From Ostrea edulis (lineage: Eukaryota): DNA of 64,000 nucleotides. The notes under the pieces were generated by a model. It was not told the origin of the DNA. It saw nothing but the letters and a program-made list of their open reading frames with translations, and searched no databases. Numbering within the stretch: the stretch's first letter is position 1; every line of letters begins with the position of its first letter. The stretch covers positions 15,996,001-16,060,000 of the forward strand of contig NC_079167.1 in assembly GCF_947568905.1 (NCBI RefSeq), written 5' to 3'. A program made the translations under genes and the position numbers. Positions 37,342 to 51,100 of this stretch are shown piece after piece.

Positions 37342-40300
37342 AGGTCAACTGAAACGAAATATAACTTTTTCCATATTAAGTATGTATTTGCTTCATTTAG
37401 ATCGTATAAAATGATTGTGCGGGTTTGTTCGGTTCATTTTGGTCATATATCCGCGATACGCGCGGATAAAGATAGCGCACCTGTGTCAGAGCAGAAAATA
37501 TTGCGGGAGTTATGCCCCTTTACACGAACCCGCCATATTGAAACTAAAGACGCTAATCAGCAGGTGACGTCCGGTAAACAACGAGTAAATATGGTGTTTT
37601 GTGCGGTTCCTGACTGTAAGGTTTAATATAGACAGAGTAACAATGTTTAGTTTCCCTACACACACAAAAAATTGCGGAATTTGGGTGGGGAAATTAAAAA
37701 CAATGGATTAATTATTGGCCGTCGAAGCACTCTATTGAGGACTGTTAGGCCTACATAATAAGCCGTCCATCAGCTGTCCATGGCATGGTCTTTGCATGGA
37801 ACACTCAAGAATGCAATGAAAGAAAAAGCCAATCCCAATTCTCTTTGATTACAAACCGCTACACGTAGCTACAAAGACCTGAAAGGGCCGAAAACGGAAA
37901 ACAGATTTGGACTTTCCCCTTCATAAACAAAACTTCCAGAGCTGTGGAGAAAAGAACGTAAGTTTTGATGTAAATGATATTGGCTTTTTTATTGACATTG
38001 ATATAGTATGACACGATTTATTTGTTTATTTGTTCTCTATACGAATATCCTCTACCCCCACCCGTCACACAATTATTTCATACTGAAGCTTATTTTTATT
38101 ACCCCCCCCCCCCCCTTCATGCAGTCACACAAGTCATTCATAATTGAAGTTTACTTTCATTCATTTGTTTATATTAGTTTATATGAGTTAGAAGTTGATG
38201 ACAATGTCCGAATCATTCTTCCCCCACCACCCAATTCCAAGACAATCAACAAAAACAACCAATTCCATTCAATGTCATATGATCCTGCCATTCAAAATGA
38301 TTAAATCATGAATGGGACAAACACTTATGAAATGACTACACAAACCACATATGGAATGATTGCAAGATTTGTACTAGAGCCACAAAATGACATGAATTGT
38401 ATTATCAAATTTGTTTTCAAAAATATTACACATTGGTGTAAATTTAATGGATACTTTGAATGTTCAATTGTTCATGTAACATACATGTACATACATATGT
38501 ATACAAGTTAGGTGAAGGATATCAAGTAAATATCTATGAATATTATTCTAGATTGAAGTGAACTTTTGCAAATGTGTAAATTAGAATCATAGCCAATATG
38601 CATGTTAAGTAACTTTGTATAAAATCTGAATATTTTTTCACTTGTGTTCTACACTCATGCCCTTTAGATTTTTTACACTTTGTCCATGATGTTACTCTCG
38701 ATACTGTTACTAAATTTGAATACAAACTCAATACAGTGTCAAACATGAAAAAATTGTAAATTTTTCTAAAATTCATTATTTTTATGCCATAAAGGTAAAT
38801 GATTTTAAAACAAGTATATATAGGACACATATTTGTACTGAGTTTTCTCTGAAGTACAATAATTAATATAAAATCCAGAAATAGGTATAGAAAAATCTAC
38901 ACAAGTAGTAGTACAATAAAAATATCACTAGTCGAGTATACTTAATCAGCTTTATGATATACATGCAACATGACTAAGTACACATGATCCACATTTGATT
39001 AATTAAATGCAGAGCATATATTTATTTATCCATGCTGATACTATGCCAATTTCCCAAGTTACAGACCCCCCCCCCCCCCAAAAGAAGCAATTTTACAATT
39101 TACTAAATAGATAAATTGTGAAATTGATAAATGAATATTTCTTACAACCATAGTTTTGATAATATTCTTATAATTATGAGATGGAAAATTAAACTTGTAT
39201 CATTAAATAAATCCAGTTGTTGGAAAAAGAAACGGAATACATGTACAAATTTTACATGTAGGTCAATTTTGACCATTGACATACGTATTTTCATTTTTAT
39301 CTACTAATTTGCATTAAATTATTTGAAATACTTGAATAAATTAGCAATTTCAATCTAGAAAATATTAAAGAACATTGGTATTTAATAGTATCTAGACATT
39401 TATTTTACAATGCTTCATTAATATGAAAATTAATTTTCTGCGACATTTGAATTTTTTTGTTTTTCTTCACCTCAAATATGTACATTTTTTTAAATTGACC
39501 CACATAATTAGTATGTATGTGAGTGGATATTCATAATACTAGACAATAAGTACATGTTTATTGAATTGTAACGTTTTGTTATATTTCAGATTAAGCCTTT
39601 GAATTGATGCAGGAAGTGATCAGTTTGACTCCTACAGAAACTCCAGGAAGTTAATATAATGGATGTTGTTGGTAATTCTCCTGCCCCGATCACAAATTCC
39701 TACCAACATGTGTCAAACTCAGGTGACTGGGACCTGTAGACCTTTTGGATTTAACCCAAATTACATATATGTAAATTGGTGATATATATTATGTACAATA
39801 TAAAAACTGAACATCAAACTATGTTTACTTGTTTATATTTATTTATATCACTTATGAAAAATGCATTAAGAATTTATCACACATTTAAATTAATACCAAA
39901 GGGTATTTAAATCCACAGTACTGTTGTGATGGAATGATTTCTTATCATAGTCACAACGCAGGATAGAAGAACTTTCCAATTGTTTTTCCCAAGCTACTAC
40001 CAGATCTCCAATATGCATGATGTCTGTAAAATCTGTTAAAAAAATTATGAAGAATTTTAAGATTTCAAATATAATTGATGACTTTCATCTAACCAAAAAA
40101 AAAAAATTGTGGGGGGGATGGGGTTACTTTAAATATGAATGATTTTTCAGGAATTAATTTCTGATTTAAAATTGATATAAAATGTACACATGGTTAGACA
40201 GTAAAATGGGTAAAGATAAAACATAAGAAATTGATTGAGGCACATTTTATGTTTATTTGAAAGGAAGTGCATAAAAGGGTCAACAATTCAGTGGGTTTAG

Positions 40301-41354
40301 ATATTGAAATAGGAGAGGTTCATTATGACTATGGCTCATAGTGAATCAGGAGACCGAGTGCCTGCCCCATTGACCATTGACATACTTATTTTCATTTTTA
40401 TCTACTAATTTGCATTAAATTATTTGAAATACTTAAATAAATTAGCAATTTCAATCTAGAAAATATTAAAGAACATTGGTATTTAATAGCATCGAGACAT
40501 TTATTTTACAATGCTTCATTAATGACTATGACTATGGCCGTGTCATAGTGAATCAGGAGACCGAGTGCCCCCCCCCCCCTCCAATATTAACTTTGAGTAA
40601 TCATAACAAAATACATACTTGTGAATCAATTCCCCCTCCTCCAAGGGACCAATATTTTGTATGCATTCATAATAAGCTGTTCCTATAACCAATCTGTTGA
40701 GACAGTTTGCCACAACAAAACCTTCGTGATCTGTGATGCAGGACACGCCCACTTCTTCAATCCTATGCACTGCAACATTTGGACTCCCTTCTTGAGGGCA
40801 TTGCGATGACATTACTAGCCTATATGATCACCTGTTAGAATAATAGAAAACTAGTCTTAGAAATACATGCTGATGCACTTCTGAGCTTTGAGTAATCGTT
40901 TCATTTTCATTAAAAGTCTCATATAAATAATTAGCCTAAATTAACAAACCATTGCATATCGACCTCGCATATCAGATGGTGAACAGGTGAAGGGCATTCG
41001 TCCGATTGATCCTCGCTGTTTTCTGAATAACTATCGTTTTCCACTAGTGGGGATGCGTCTCGCTGTACAACTGGTTCGTATTGGCAGGGCTGCACATTAA
41101 CACTAAGCGATATATCTATTTCAGGAATACAATCTTCCGAATGATTTTCATATCGTGCCGCCATATTGAAATATCAGGTTCGCCTAAAGGGCAGATAACT
41201 CATACAATAAAATTTACCAGGTTGAAATTAACGATGTCGTATCTACCTGGATGATCGAAACAAAAATTATTCTTATGTGAAAACATTTAAGGAATGGTAT
41301 TTTCTTACGGAATTTATTTGAAAAACGAACTTTGAAAATCGTTTCAGTTGACCT
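37342..41354. mobile_element. Kolobok-type DNA transposon, internally deleted; THAP-transposase start on + and KolX (P2X7 C-terminus-like) relic on -
   Basis: Perfect 16-bp TIR aggtcaactgaaacga with TTAA on both flanks (37338-41, 41355-58). MVFCAVPDCK (THAP start, ~37590) reads inward. The minus strand has QPCQYEP (ORF 40931..41164) and CITDHEGF..CLN....TAYY (ORF 40543..40812). No DDE core was found. Confidence 0.8.
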
Positions 41355-42146
41355 TTAAGTAAATATTTATCAACTTTTGACACGTTCCCTACAGAAATTC
41401 ACCCTTTGATCCCGTGATTCTTAAAAAGAATCGTCCTATTCTATTTTCTGAATCACCTTCCATAGGAGAGAAGTCTTTGTCATTCACTAAAAATCTTGAA
41501 TGTCCTTCAATCAGAGATTGTGGCAAGCTCCGTTTTCACTGATATAATGGATCTAAAAATATTTACAAGTCAAATCTACCACAGACATTCAGCAGACAAA
41601 CTTTAAGTAGAAAAGTCCATTTTAGCTGTAGACTAAAGTGAACTAAAACAAAATGACTAATACTAGTATCACAGACAAGTTTAGATATATCTTAAATAAC
41701 ATCATATGCTGTTCGTTTTGTGACTTGTAACAATGTAAATGAATGTGGCTGTAAATGACAGTCTATCAATCAAATAGTCACTTTGACATGCACTAGTATA
41801 AAGCTAACATACATGTACTTGAACGCATAAACTGCTGATACTTTTTTAAACCAAAAAATAAACCAAGAAATATGTCTAATCAAAAATAGAAGCATATCGG
41901 TTATGTACATCGCTTTTACAAATACATTCTAAGTACATACAGACACAACTATTACATACATACTATAATAATGCCTACACTAATCACAAAATGTTGTACT
42001 GCAGTGTTAAATTCACTATCACGGGTAATTTAAGAGTTCAAGCATAAAAAGCAAAGTTAGTAGATGATGACATTTTATTTTGGCATCTCATAATTACTTC
42101 TTAACGATATCATTATGTATTGCACTAGACATATGTAACACCGAAC

Positions 42147-45100
42147 TCATTCCTTTTCTTCATCCACAATGCTAAGTTGGCGATCTGTCCCATGATAGAA
42201 GTCTTCTTCCGATTCCAGACTTTCACGATGTGACTTCCGCCGTCGCCGCCTCGTATTTACTGGAGGGGGTGGAGGAAAGTAATCAACATCCGTCACACAG
42301 CCAGCACTAGCATACTGATTGATCAGTGACTTCCACACACGGTCACATGACAGAAGATATTTGTTACCTATTTGTGACGGAAGTAAGTATTTTCAGAATG
42401 ACGACAACAAGCTATAGTTTATGGTGACGAGAATGAGCTACAGCTAAGAGTATTGAACGGTATTACTTTCCATGCTGACAATACCTGTTTTGATTTTTTT
42501 TTTTACCTCAGTGAACAAATAACTTGTTTTTAAGTAATGAGTAAAGTTGACAGGAGTTCTTCATAAATCCACAGTATACCTACTTATTTCGTACGGAAAA
42601 TTCTTATCGCTGAATTATTTTCCAGACATATACAACTGATACTGTATAAATTATTCACGTGTTAAAACATGTCATTAGCTCCATATTATCAATACAGAAT
42701 ATCCATAACCTATTCTGAAGAAAATAAGTAGCAAATGAAAACGTTTTCATCAAGTATGTTGTTATTGTAATTAATACATTATCAAATCATTTTACAGTAT
42801 ATCATGAATCGACACAACCTTCTTAATTTATTGATATGTCTTATTTGATACAATGTACAGTAAAACTTGCTTATATGGACTTCCTCGGGACACCTATATC
42901 TAATTTTGTATTGTAATTATACAAGGAAGTTTTTTTTTTTTTTAGATTTACAAGGAAGGTCTTTATATTCCAATATTTACATTTTCCATTGTCTTTGTTT
43001 GAGATAACATGACAAACAAGGTAACTGTATTGATTTTCTTATCAAGCTATTTGACAGATTACCACCACGTACTTCTTCCGCGACACGAAAACAACACCAT
43101 CCGAAAATTTTATTTTCCAACTTTCATTTTCGATTTTTAATGAAAAAAAGTTTACTTTAATTAGATCTAAGATAAAGAAATTATGTAAATATAAGGCGTA
43201 ACTGTCTGATATTTTTGGTTTTATGGTGTTATCAGTCGGTTACCTCCCGTGGTAATTTCTCATATAAGCGGCGAAACCGACTGATAACATTAGACAGCTA
43301 CTCTCTAAATAGAAGTCCATGGGCATTGATAATGTAGTCTCAGTCACCTTTCTCAAATATGTATAAAGACTGATGAGTTTGAGACACTACCAAGTATAAA
43401 CCTTCAATCCCTATTGATGGCCCGCACTAGTTATAGGGTCAGGTAATATAAACCTGGATTTCCTCTACACGAGGACAGTTCCACATGAATCATGTATCTC
43501 ATTGATTCTTGAAGGAAGGTTTATAAATATTCCTCTTGTTAACATGATTGAATCTTGGATGTCGAACTTGATACATTTGATTCAACAATAATGTATTCTG
43601 CGAGTTCCTATATCATTGAAGTTATTGCTGAGTGGTGATCAGATTCTTTGTTTCAAAGACAATGTAAAGATTTTTCTGAAGTACCATTAGGAAAGCAAAC
43701 GATTTTGAAAAATACATTTCATCCTTATCCTGTGGAATCGGTAATTCCCCATTTTAGTTTCTATTTCTATACATTGTTTCTTTTTCTTTTTTGTTTATTT
43801 CATTAGATCATTTATTTTTTGGTTCTCATTGTTTTGTTTGTCTTTCTTAGTTCCTATCTCCCTCCTTTTTAATTTTTCTTTCCATATCACTGTTTTCTTG
43901 GTTTATTATGCATATGAATTATTTTCTACTATCATTGTACCATTTGTGTATACTAGGGTTTTCACTTCATACATATTCAGATATTATTATTTGTTATCAA
44001 TTATCATATAAGTTGTAATTTCTCACATTTTTCATTGTTCCTTAAAGGATAAGGCTTATATAGGTTCATTCAGCAGCCTAATTATAATATAATGTATGTT
44101 ACACATAAAAAATACTGTTTAAATTAATAATGCCTTATGTACTGTTAAGACAAACACAGGACATAATAGGTAAGAGATACCAATTTTGCTTCCCGATTTC
44201 TTTGATACGATACAATGTACAATTTAACTGAAGTGACCTTGACTTTGACTTCGTTGAATACATAGAAGTTATGTAAAACAGTGATGTAGACATGGGGAAG
44301 CATCAAACTTCCTTATAATTGAGAAATCTTTGTAACTGAGTTCCTTGTATCCATTTTTCTTGCAAAGATTAATGAAGTATATGGCAAACTATTTTCATTT
44401 CAAATTCTTCCCTATAATGATGATTCTATTATTACAGCCCTAATCAGCCAGTTTTATTGTAGTTACCAATGATAATGAGTCCTCGTCTTGCTCGGGTTAA
44501 GGCAACGTTTATCTGGTGTTCATCGGTTATAAACCCCAGGTTCTGCTTACACCAGCCCAGGGTTGGATGTTTCTCAATGCGGTACTCTGGTAGAGAGCGA
44601 GCTGTGCTGAAAATAACGTAGTCCCATTCTCCACCTGAACCAAATAGAAAGGGATAAAGAAATTACAAAATACAAAATTAATCGAAAATGTCAATTATAC
44701 TTAGTAGGCTTGTGACAAAAACTCGCCATTTTGATGTAAAATGTATTTCAAAAATTGTCCCATACTTTCGAAAAAGCTAACTTTTGCTAGTATTAGCTGA
44801 ATAAATTTTTCGTTTGAGTGAACATATACACAATATCAGAGTAGCGGAGGGATAATCATTATATGACCTAATTATACCTATACATACACATACGGTACAG
44901 GTTCTCCACAACATTATTGAAACTGGATTTGAACAGAAGTGAATGCAATAAATCAGTTATCTATATCTTTATTTTGTTAAGCTAATAACCATAATTTGGA
45001 CCTTCTTAATGCAAGGATAAGGGCAATATTTAACCTTAACTCCATTTATGTAAATAAGACTCGAAACGTTATTTTTGTAATCCAAAGCATCCTAATTTTG

Positions 45101-48100
45101 CACAGACACAAATTTAACTTTTAAATGACACATTACACTTAAAGAATATTTGAAATGTGATATATATGGCCTTTCATATCATAAACTTAGATCGATAAGC
45201 ATATATTTCAAAACTTTGTAAACAATAACATAACTCAATCTTTGTTTACACAACAAATTATAGACTATCTATATTGAGCATCTATCATACTATATAACCT
45301 TATTTTTTGTGTGTAACCTTTTGAATAAATTATACTGTAGATTTTGATCATTAAAATGAAAACCATAATTTGGGGGGAAATTGGGAATCAGTCCTTTGAA
45401 CTATATATATCCTTGAAGTAAAAACAAAAACGTTCTATCTACCTATCTATCTAGCATCTGAGCAAATCACTAAAATAAACGTGTTACATCCGCGTTGCCT
45501 TGATGCTGATATGAAATCTATACCTTATTGTAAGGCATATAACAACTGATAATATTGAAACAATCTCTTTGTCTACGAAAATAAATCTGCATATCGAATA
45601 ACGCGTTTTCGCAGTTAAAATCGAGCCTTAACGAGAACCGATAATTCGCCAGTCGCAAACCATCATCAACAGAACAGTAAAGGTGACCAATTACTACTTT
45701 AGCAGAAGTAGAAATTACATATATTCATTTTCAAATTAATGTTTAACTTAGTGAAAGCAAAGAACCATAAACCTTAGACGTACCCTGACTAGCTACAACA
45801 GTGTTCACGTTGATATTTATGTATTTCCTCTCCAGTAGTGCTTTCCGAATCCTCGTACACTGTGCATTGTACTGTGACATGATGTTGATGGCATGCCTAT
45901 TGCTTGGGTTAACTTTCTCATATTTCACTAAGTATTCAAAGACTTTAATCTAAAATGAATGTAATAAGGCATTGATAGAGTGTTCAATATTCCATCACAA
46001 AAAGAAAAATCCAATAAAAGCCTGAAAACAAACCACTGTGTTTTTACTTACCACATGGTCTACTTCTTGCTTGTTGCTACAAGACTGTTGATTTCCTTCT
46101 TCTGTAGAAACAGTAAGGTATTCTTCCTCTCCTTCCACGTGGCAAAATACAATTGGTTTACCTCTGTTAGTCCAGATACTCAACGACTTTCTAGTAACCC
46201 ATGCAGAGGACTTTTTGGTTATCAGTTTACCATCGTAAAACTGTTTTGATGGAAATTTACATATTTCTCGATGCTGAAAGGTAGCACAAATTAAGTATTA
46301 TTCATTAGTACAGTTTTAAACAACATAACTTATGTTTAGGCCCAAAAAGGGGCATTTAGTACATTTTATAATCTTGAACATATTTAATCGTTATCAATTA
46401 TATGAATATTATTCAAATTACCATTCTGTATTGGAACCGGAGCATTTTTGCCAAGTTTGAATAACGTTCAAACAGTGATACATTTAACCCCAATTCACCA
46501 GCATACGTGGACGTGATAACAGGACTAAGTTGTTTGTGATCTCCGATTAGAACAACCTGTTTCGCCTTTGTTGCTATAATGGCTGCAATGCTTTCTGGTT
46601 CTGTACACATTCCAGCTTCATCAATGATAAGCTGGAAAACTTTCCCACGCGTGGCCTTGATAAACCGTGGACTGGTTGTAACTGCAGTGGTGCAGAATAT
46701 GACGTCATGTTTCTTCAATTCTTCCTGTGCTGCTTCACTTGTAATATGTTTGTATCGTCGAATGTTTGCAATTGTAGGTTTGTACCCCTTGTTGTTTCTG
46801 AAAACTTCGAATTTTTCATCGAAGTCCTTTATCTCACTAGCATGGAGACTTCCCTCTTGACGAATAAGATTATGAACGGATATATCTTTCAGTTGTGGAT
46901 CAGGTCGATTTTCGTTTGAAGAAGCAGACACAGAAAAATGCTTTCCTGGAATAGGGTAATCTTTCATTTCGAGAGAGTTGCCATATAGGCGAATCATATC
47001 TGGTGCCAAATCTGTGAATTTCTTCAATATCCATTCTGAAATCATCAATATGAAACCAATTGCGTATTTTATTACCAGTAGTCACATATTATGTAGTGTC
47101 TGTTAAACAAGCAAAAATGGCGAAATAACACTGAAAAAAGGGCAATGACTAAAATCGGTCTGCTCGTACAAATATGTGAATCACATAATCTTTAAACTAT
47201 TTATCACTACGATCCAACACAATCCAGAGGTTAAACATTGAATAACCATGCATCTCTACAACATCAGGGAGTTTTCATATCAAAATGTGATAAAATAGAA
47301 TTGTCCTTTTAAGAACATTTCATATAATCATCACCCCATCTTTGCCTCTTGGGTCCATATTTCACACAATGTGGTGAATCTAATTATTGTTTAATGATTT
47401 TGATATGTTATTCAATGTGGAGTCCCTGTACTGAGGAAATATGCATTCCCAAACCACGTACTATATATTGAACGTTTCTTAATATACACTGCATTTGTTC
47501 AGATGTAAATAGAATATATCGCTCTTCACAACAGGAATTTTGAGTTTCGCCCTTACTTTATCTTTACCAAATATCAGATTCCTTTTGTTTCCCTCTTCGG
47601 CCTCATAGATAACTTTTCAACATAGCCAAACATGGATGTTTGCATTATTCACACATTATATAATCTTATCATTCATAAGAATTTCTCTTTGTATCCTCCG
47701 TGTCCTATTGTCTGCCATGTATTTGAGTTTTATATAGAATTTAAACTCGACTTAATTATTCTGGTGCAGAGTATGAAAATTTCATGATACAGGGTACGAA
47801 AGTTTCAAAAGTTTACAAACATACTTTCACGAAACAGTCTACAGTCAAACCTCAATCAGAAAAGCTTACTTGAGCCATTGGCTCTGGTAAACTGATAAGC
47901 AACTGTAAAATAAAACACTTACTTGCGACTAGGTCCACGGATTTATTATTCGGGCCGCAAAAAACGACTTGTTGATGTTCGCATCCATCTGATCTTAGCA
48001 TATCATTTATGATATCGAATAGATAAACCAATTTTATCCCTGTGTATGTCTTCCCTGTTCCTAGAATAAAAAAAAATAAAATCCGACAGTAACATCTGAA

Positions 48101-51100
48101 ATGTTCACATTCTTTGGATTTAGAATCAACAACAGCCTTCATGCCAGAGGCAGCAAATTTGTCAAAATTTATACATGTAAATGTCATTTGTTGTTAACTT
48201 ACCTGGCGGTCCATGGATAAGACTGAAACTATTGGTTAATGAATTCTTCATGGCCTCTGTTTGAAATACATTATTTGGTTCGATGCCGGGCAAATCTATT
48301 TCAATTTCAAGATCATTAACCTTGTCCAAGTACATTTCCCCTGCAAAACCAAAACCAAAGTGGTGTTCTTTGAAACTCCTTGTAATACCAAGATTTAAAA
48401 TACAATATCATTATTTAATTTCCTTCAATTTAATTTGAGTTTACATATATAATAGTCTTTTGTTATCAGTTTTCGTAATTACCTAATCTTGGTGTTTTTT
48501 CCCCCAATGCAATTGCTTGTGCTAACTTGCTCGATTTCCCAAGACATTTCAAAACAGCCTCCATCCGACTACAAATACGGAACAAACACGAGATATAGCA
48601 ATTTCACTGATATTATAAAGCGATACAAAGAACTAAATTTTATCATTATTGCTGATCATATTTATCCAGACGCCAAGGGGCCACAACGCTCACCTGAAGT
48701 GCAGATTCAGATTTTATGAAAACATGAAATCTGGGGTCAGGATGGGGCCAGAATATGGATGCAGAATAATGCATTGGAATAGAGAGGAGAGTTTTTCATT
48801 TTGAATCCTTTCAAAGACAATAAATAAACAATATCATCACGTAGTACGAATTAAAGTTTTGTTTACAAGGCACCTGCAGTTTGGTTTGTTCAACAATAAA
48901 GATTTACATAGAAATATGAAGAACAAAATTCTCGAGATCAGCTTAGACGATATCAAATAATAGTTTCATGTGCTGAATAAAATTGAGGTTACAATATCTG
49001 TCCTGAATATTCTTGAATATAGCTTTTAAAAGATGTTTTTCCTTTATATATTTTGAACCACCGCGGTGGTCTAAAGGTAGAGCGTTCGCCCCGCATGCGG
49101 GAGGCCGGGGTTCAAATCCCAGCCGTGACAGACCTAAGTCGTGAAAACAGGTAGTGACAGTTCCATCGCCAAACGCTCAGCATCAGGTGTGAATGTCATG
49201 AGTCCTCGGTGATGACCTTAAAACGGATATTCCGTGACACGCTAAAGAACCCTCACTGCCCAATGGCCGTAAGCGCCGATCAAAGGACTAGATTTGAAGC
49301 CCTTCATCGGTCTCTGTGACGTCTCCATTTGAGTGAAAAATTCTTGAGAGAGACGTTAAACAAGATACAATCCATTCAAGAAAATTAGGCTCTTCATTAG
49401 AACAAACATGAATTCCCATTAACTTATGATGCATTTGTGTTTTAATGAAATGGGCACAATGATTCGGGAGATAAAGTAAAAAAGATATACGAAAAGCTGA
49501 CTACAATGTTTTTTAGGTGGACATGCAATTTTGATAAGAAAAGTTTAGATGAGCTTTCAATGCAGGAGGTAAAATAATATGCATAATATTCAAACTTTGA
49601 AAAACTGACTTGGTAAAACAGAAACTTGTATATTACGTATCAGTTTCCGATTTTTGCACAAGTTCTATGCAGCTAGGGTATCCATTTTCTGCGGATAACA
49701 TCTCAGTCATTGCTTCGCTGCTTTCCCTGTGAAGTTTAAAATGGACTTTGTACTTATCAATAACAGTTCGCTTCTTTTCATTGACCTCTGTTTTCATCTC
49801 CTCTGCAACTTTTCGTTCAGGTTTGGGTTTCGTCATTTTCTCTATGTGGTGGATTTGTCCATGAAGGACCCACTGAAATCTGTAATTTGGGTCTATATCT
49901 GACGGTTTCCTTATTTCGTTAGAGTTACTGATAGAATGCTCAGATCTTATGCATAGGAAATCAGAGTTTGTAATGATTTCATTTTTGTTATCTTCATCAC
50001 CGACAAGAATGAAATGGGTCGATATTGTACTAAAATCAATGTCCCTTTGTTCACAAAAATAATGAGCAAGAATGAAATGTCCTCTGTTTGGCGACTCCAT
50101 GAAAATACTCACTCCGTTAATAATCGGAGAATCACTATGAGCTGCATTTGTAACAGCTTCCATTTCGATTATTGGCAACCAAATTTGCAGATATTCAATA
50201 GCTGAAGAAAATTTACATTTTGATTTGCTTATTGAATATTTAGACAAGAACTTAATTGGATCGCGACTGTGTTGCAAGCAGTGCTTAATGTTTTTTGTCA
50301 TATCAAGCAACTGCAAGGATGGGACAAGGACCCCTTTCTGTGGTTCAGCTGTAATTTGCGCGCAAACTACTTGTCCACGAGAAAAGGACATAGAAAATCG
50401 ACATGCTTGACGAATCACTTCTCCATCTTCAACTTCAGACGAATGATCTAATACTGTATCCTTACAGGCGGGCACATAGTTGTGAAGATCTTCATCCATT
50501 TCTTCTTTATCTCTCGATTTCATATTCTTTTGCGGTTGTGAAATAGATTTTTTCAGATCTTGGTGTTTCCCATCAAGCATTGACTTAAGTAATCCTTTCC
50601 ATCGCTCCTGATGCACAAATTTCGTTCTGGCGTGAGGATTTATTCGTTTGCAAACTTCTTTCCTAGCCTCTTCTGACAACCAGTGCAATCTCTGTGCTTT
50701 ACGATCATCTCTGCTCGGCTTGCCCGATACATCATACACGCGTAATAACCAATTCAGTGTCATTATGAGTTCTCCAGTTGTAGTATCTTTTTCAAATTTT
50801 GGCCTCTCGTTTACGTGAAGAAGATTCAGCTCAAACTCTTTGCAAAACTGAGGAAGAGTTCGAAGTCCGGGTAAAACCAAAGACACAGCTCTGTCCGAAA
50901 CTTCCCGAACAAATCCTTGAAGGATCTGTGGGGATTGCTTTAATCTAAATCCCCAGGTAAGCATTCTACATTCTTTTTGAAAAGCCTTTGCTCTCCGAAT
51001 TACATCGTTCAAGTTTTGACATAGAGTGTCAACTTCAAATTCTGAATATGGACATTTTTGATTATCTATTGCAGCATGAAGAAGACGATGAACAATAATG

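Noticed and set aside
49057-49130. Functional tRNA gene
   Set aside because: The A and B boxes are followed by a long non-tRNA body and LINE-like tail with no clean acceptor stem, so it is a SINE head.
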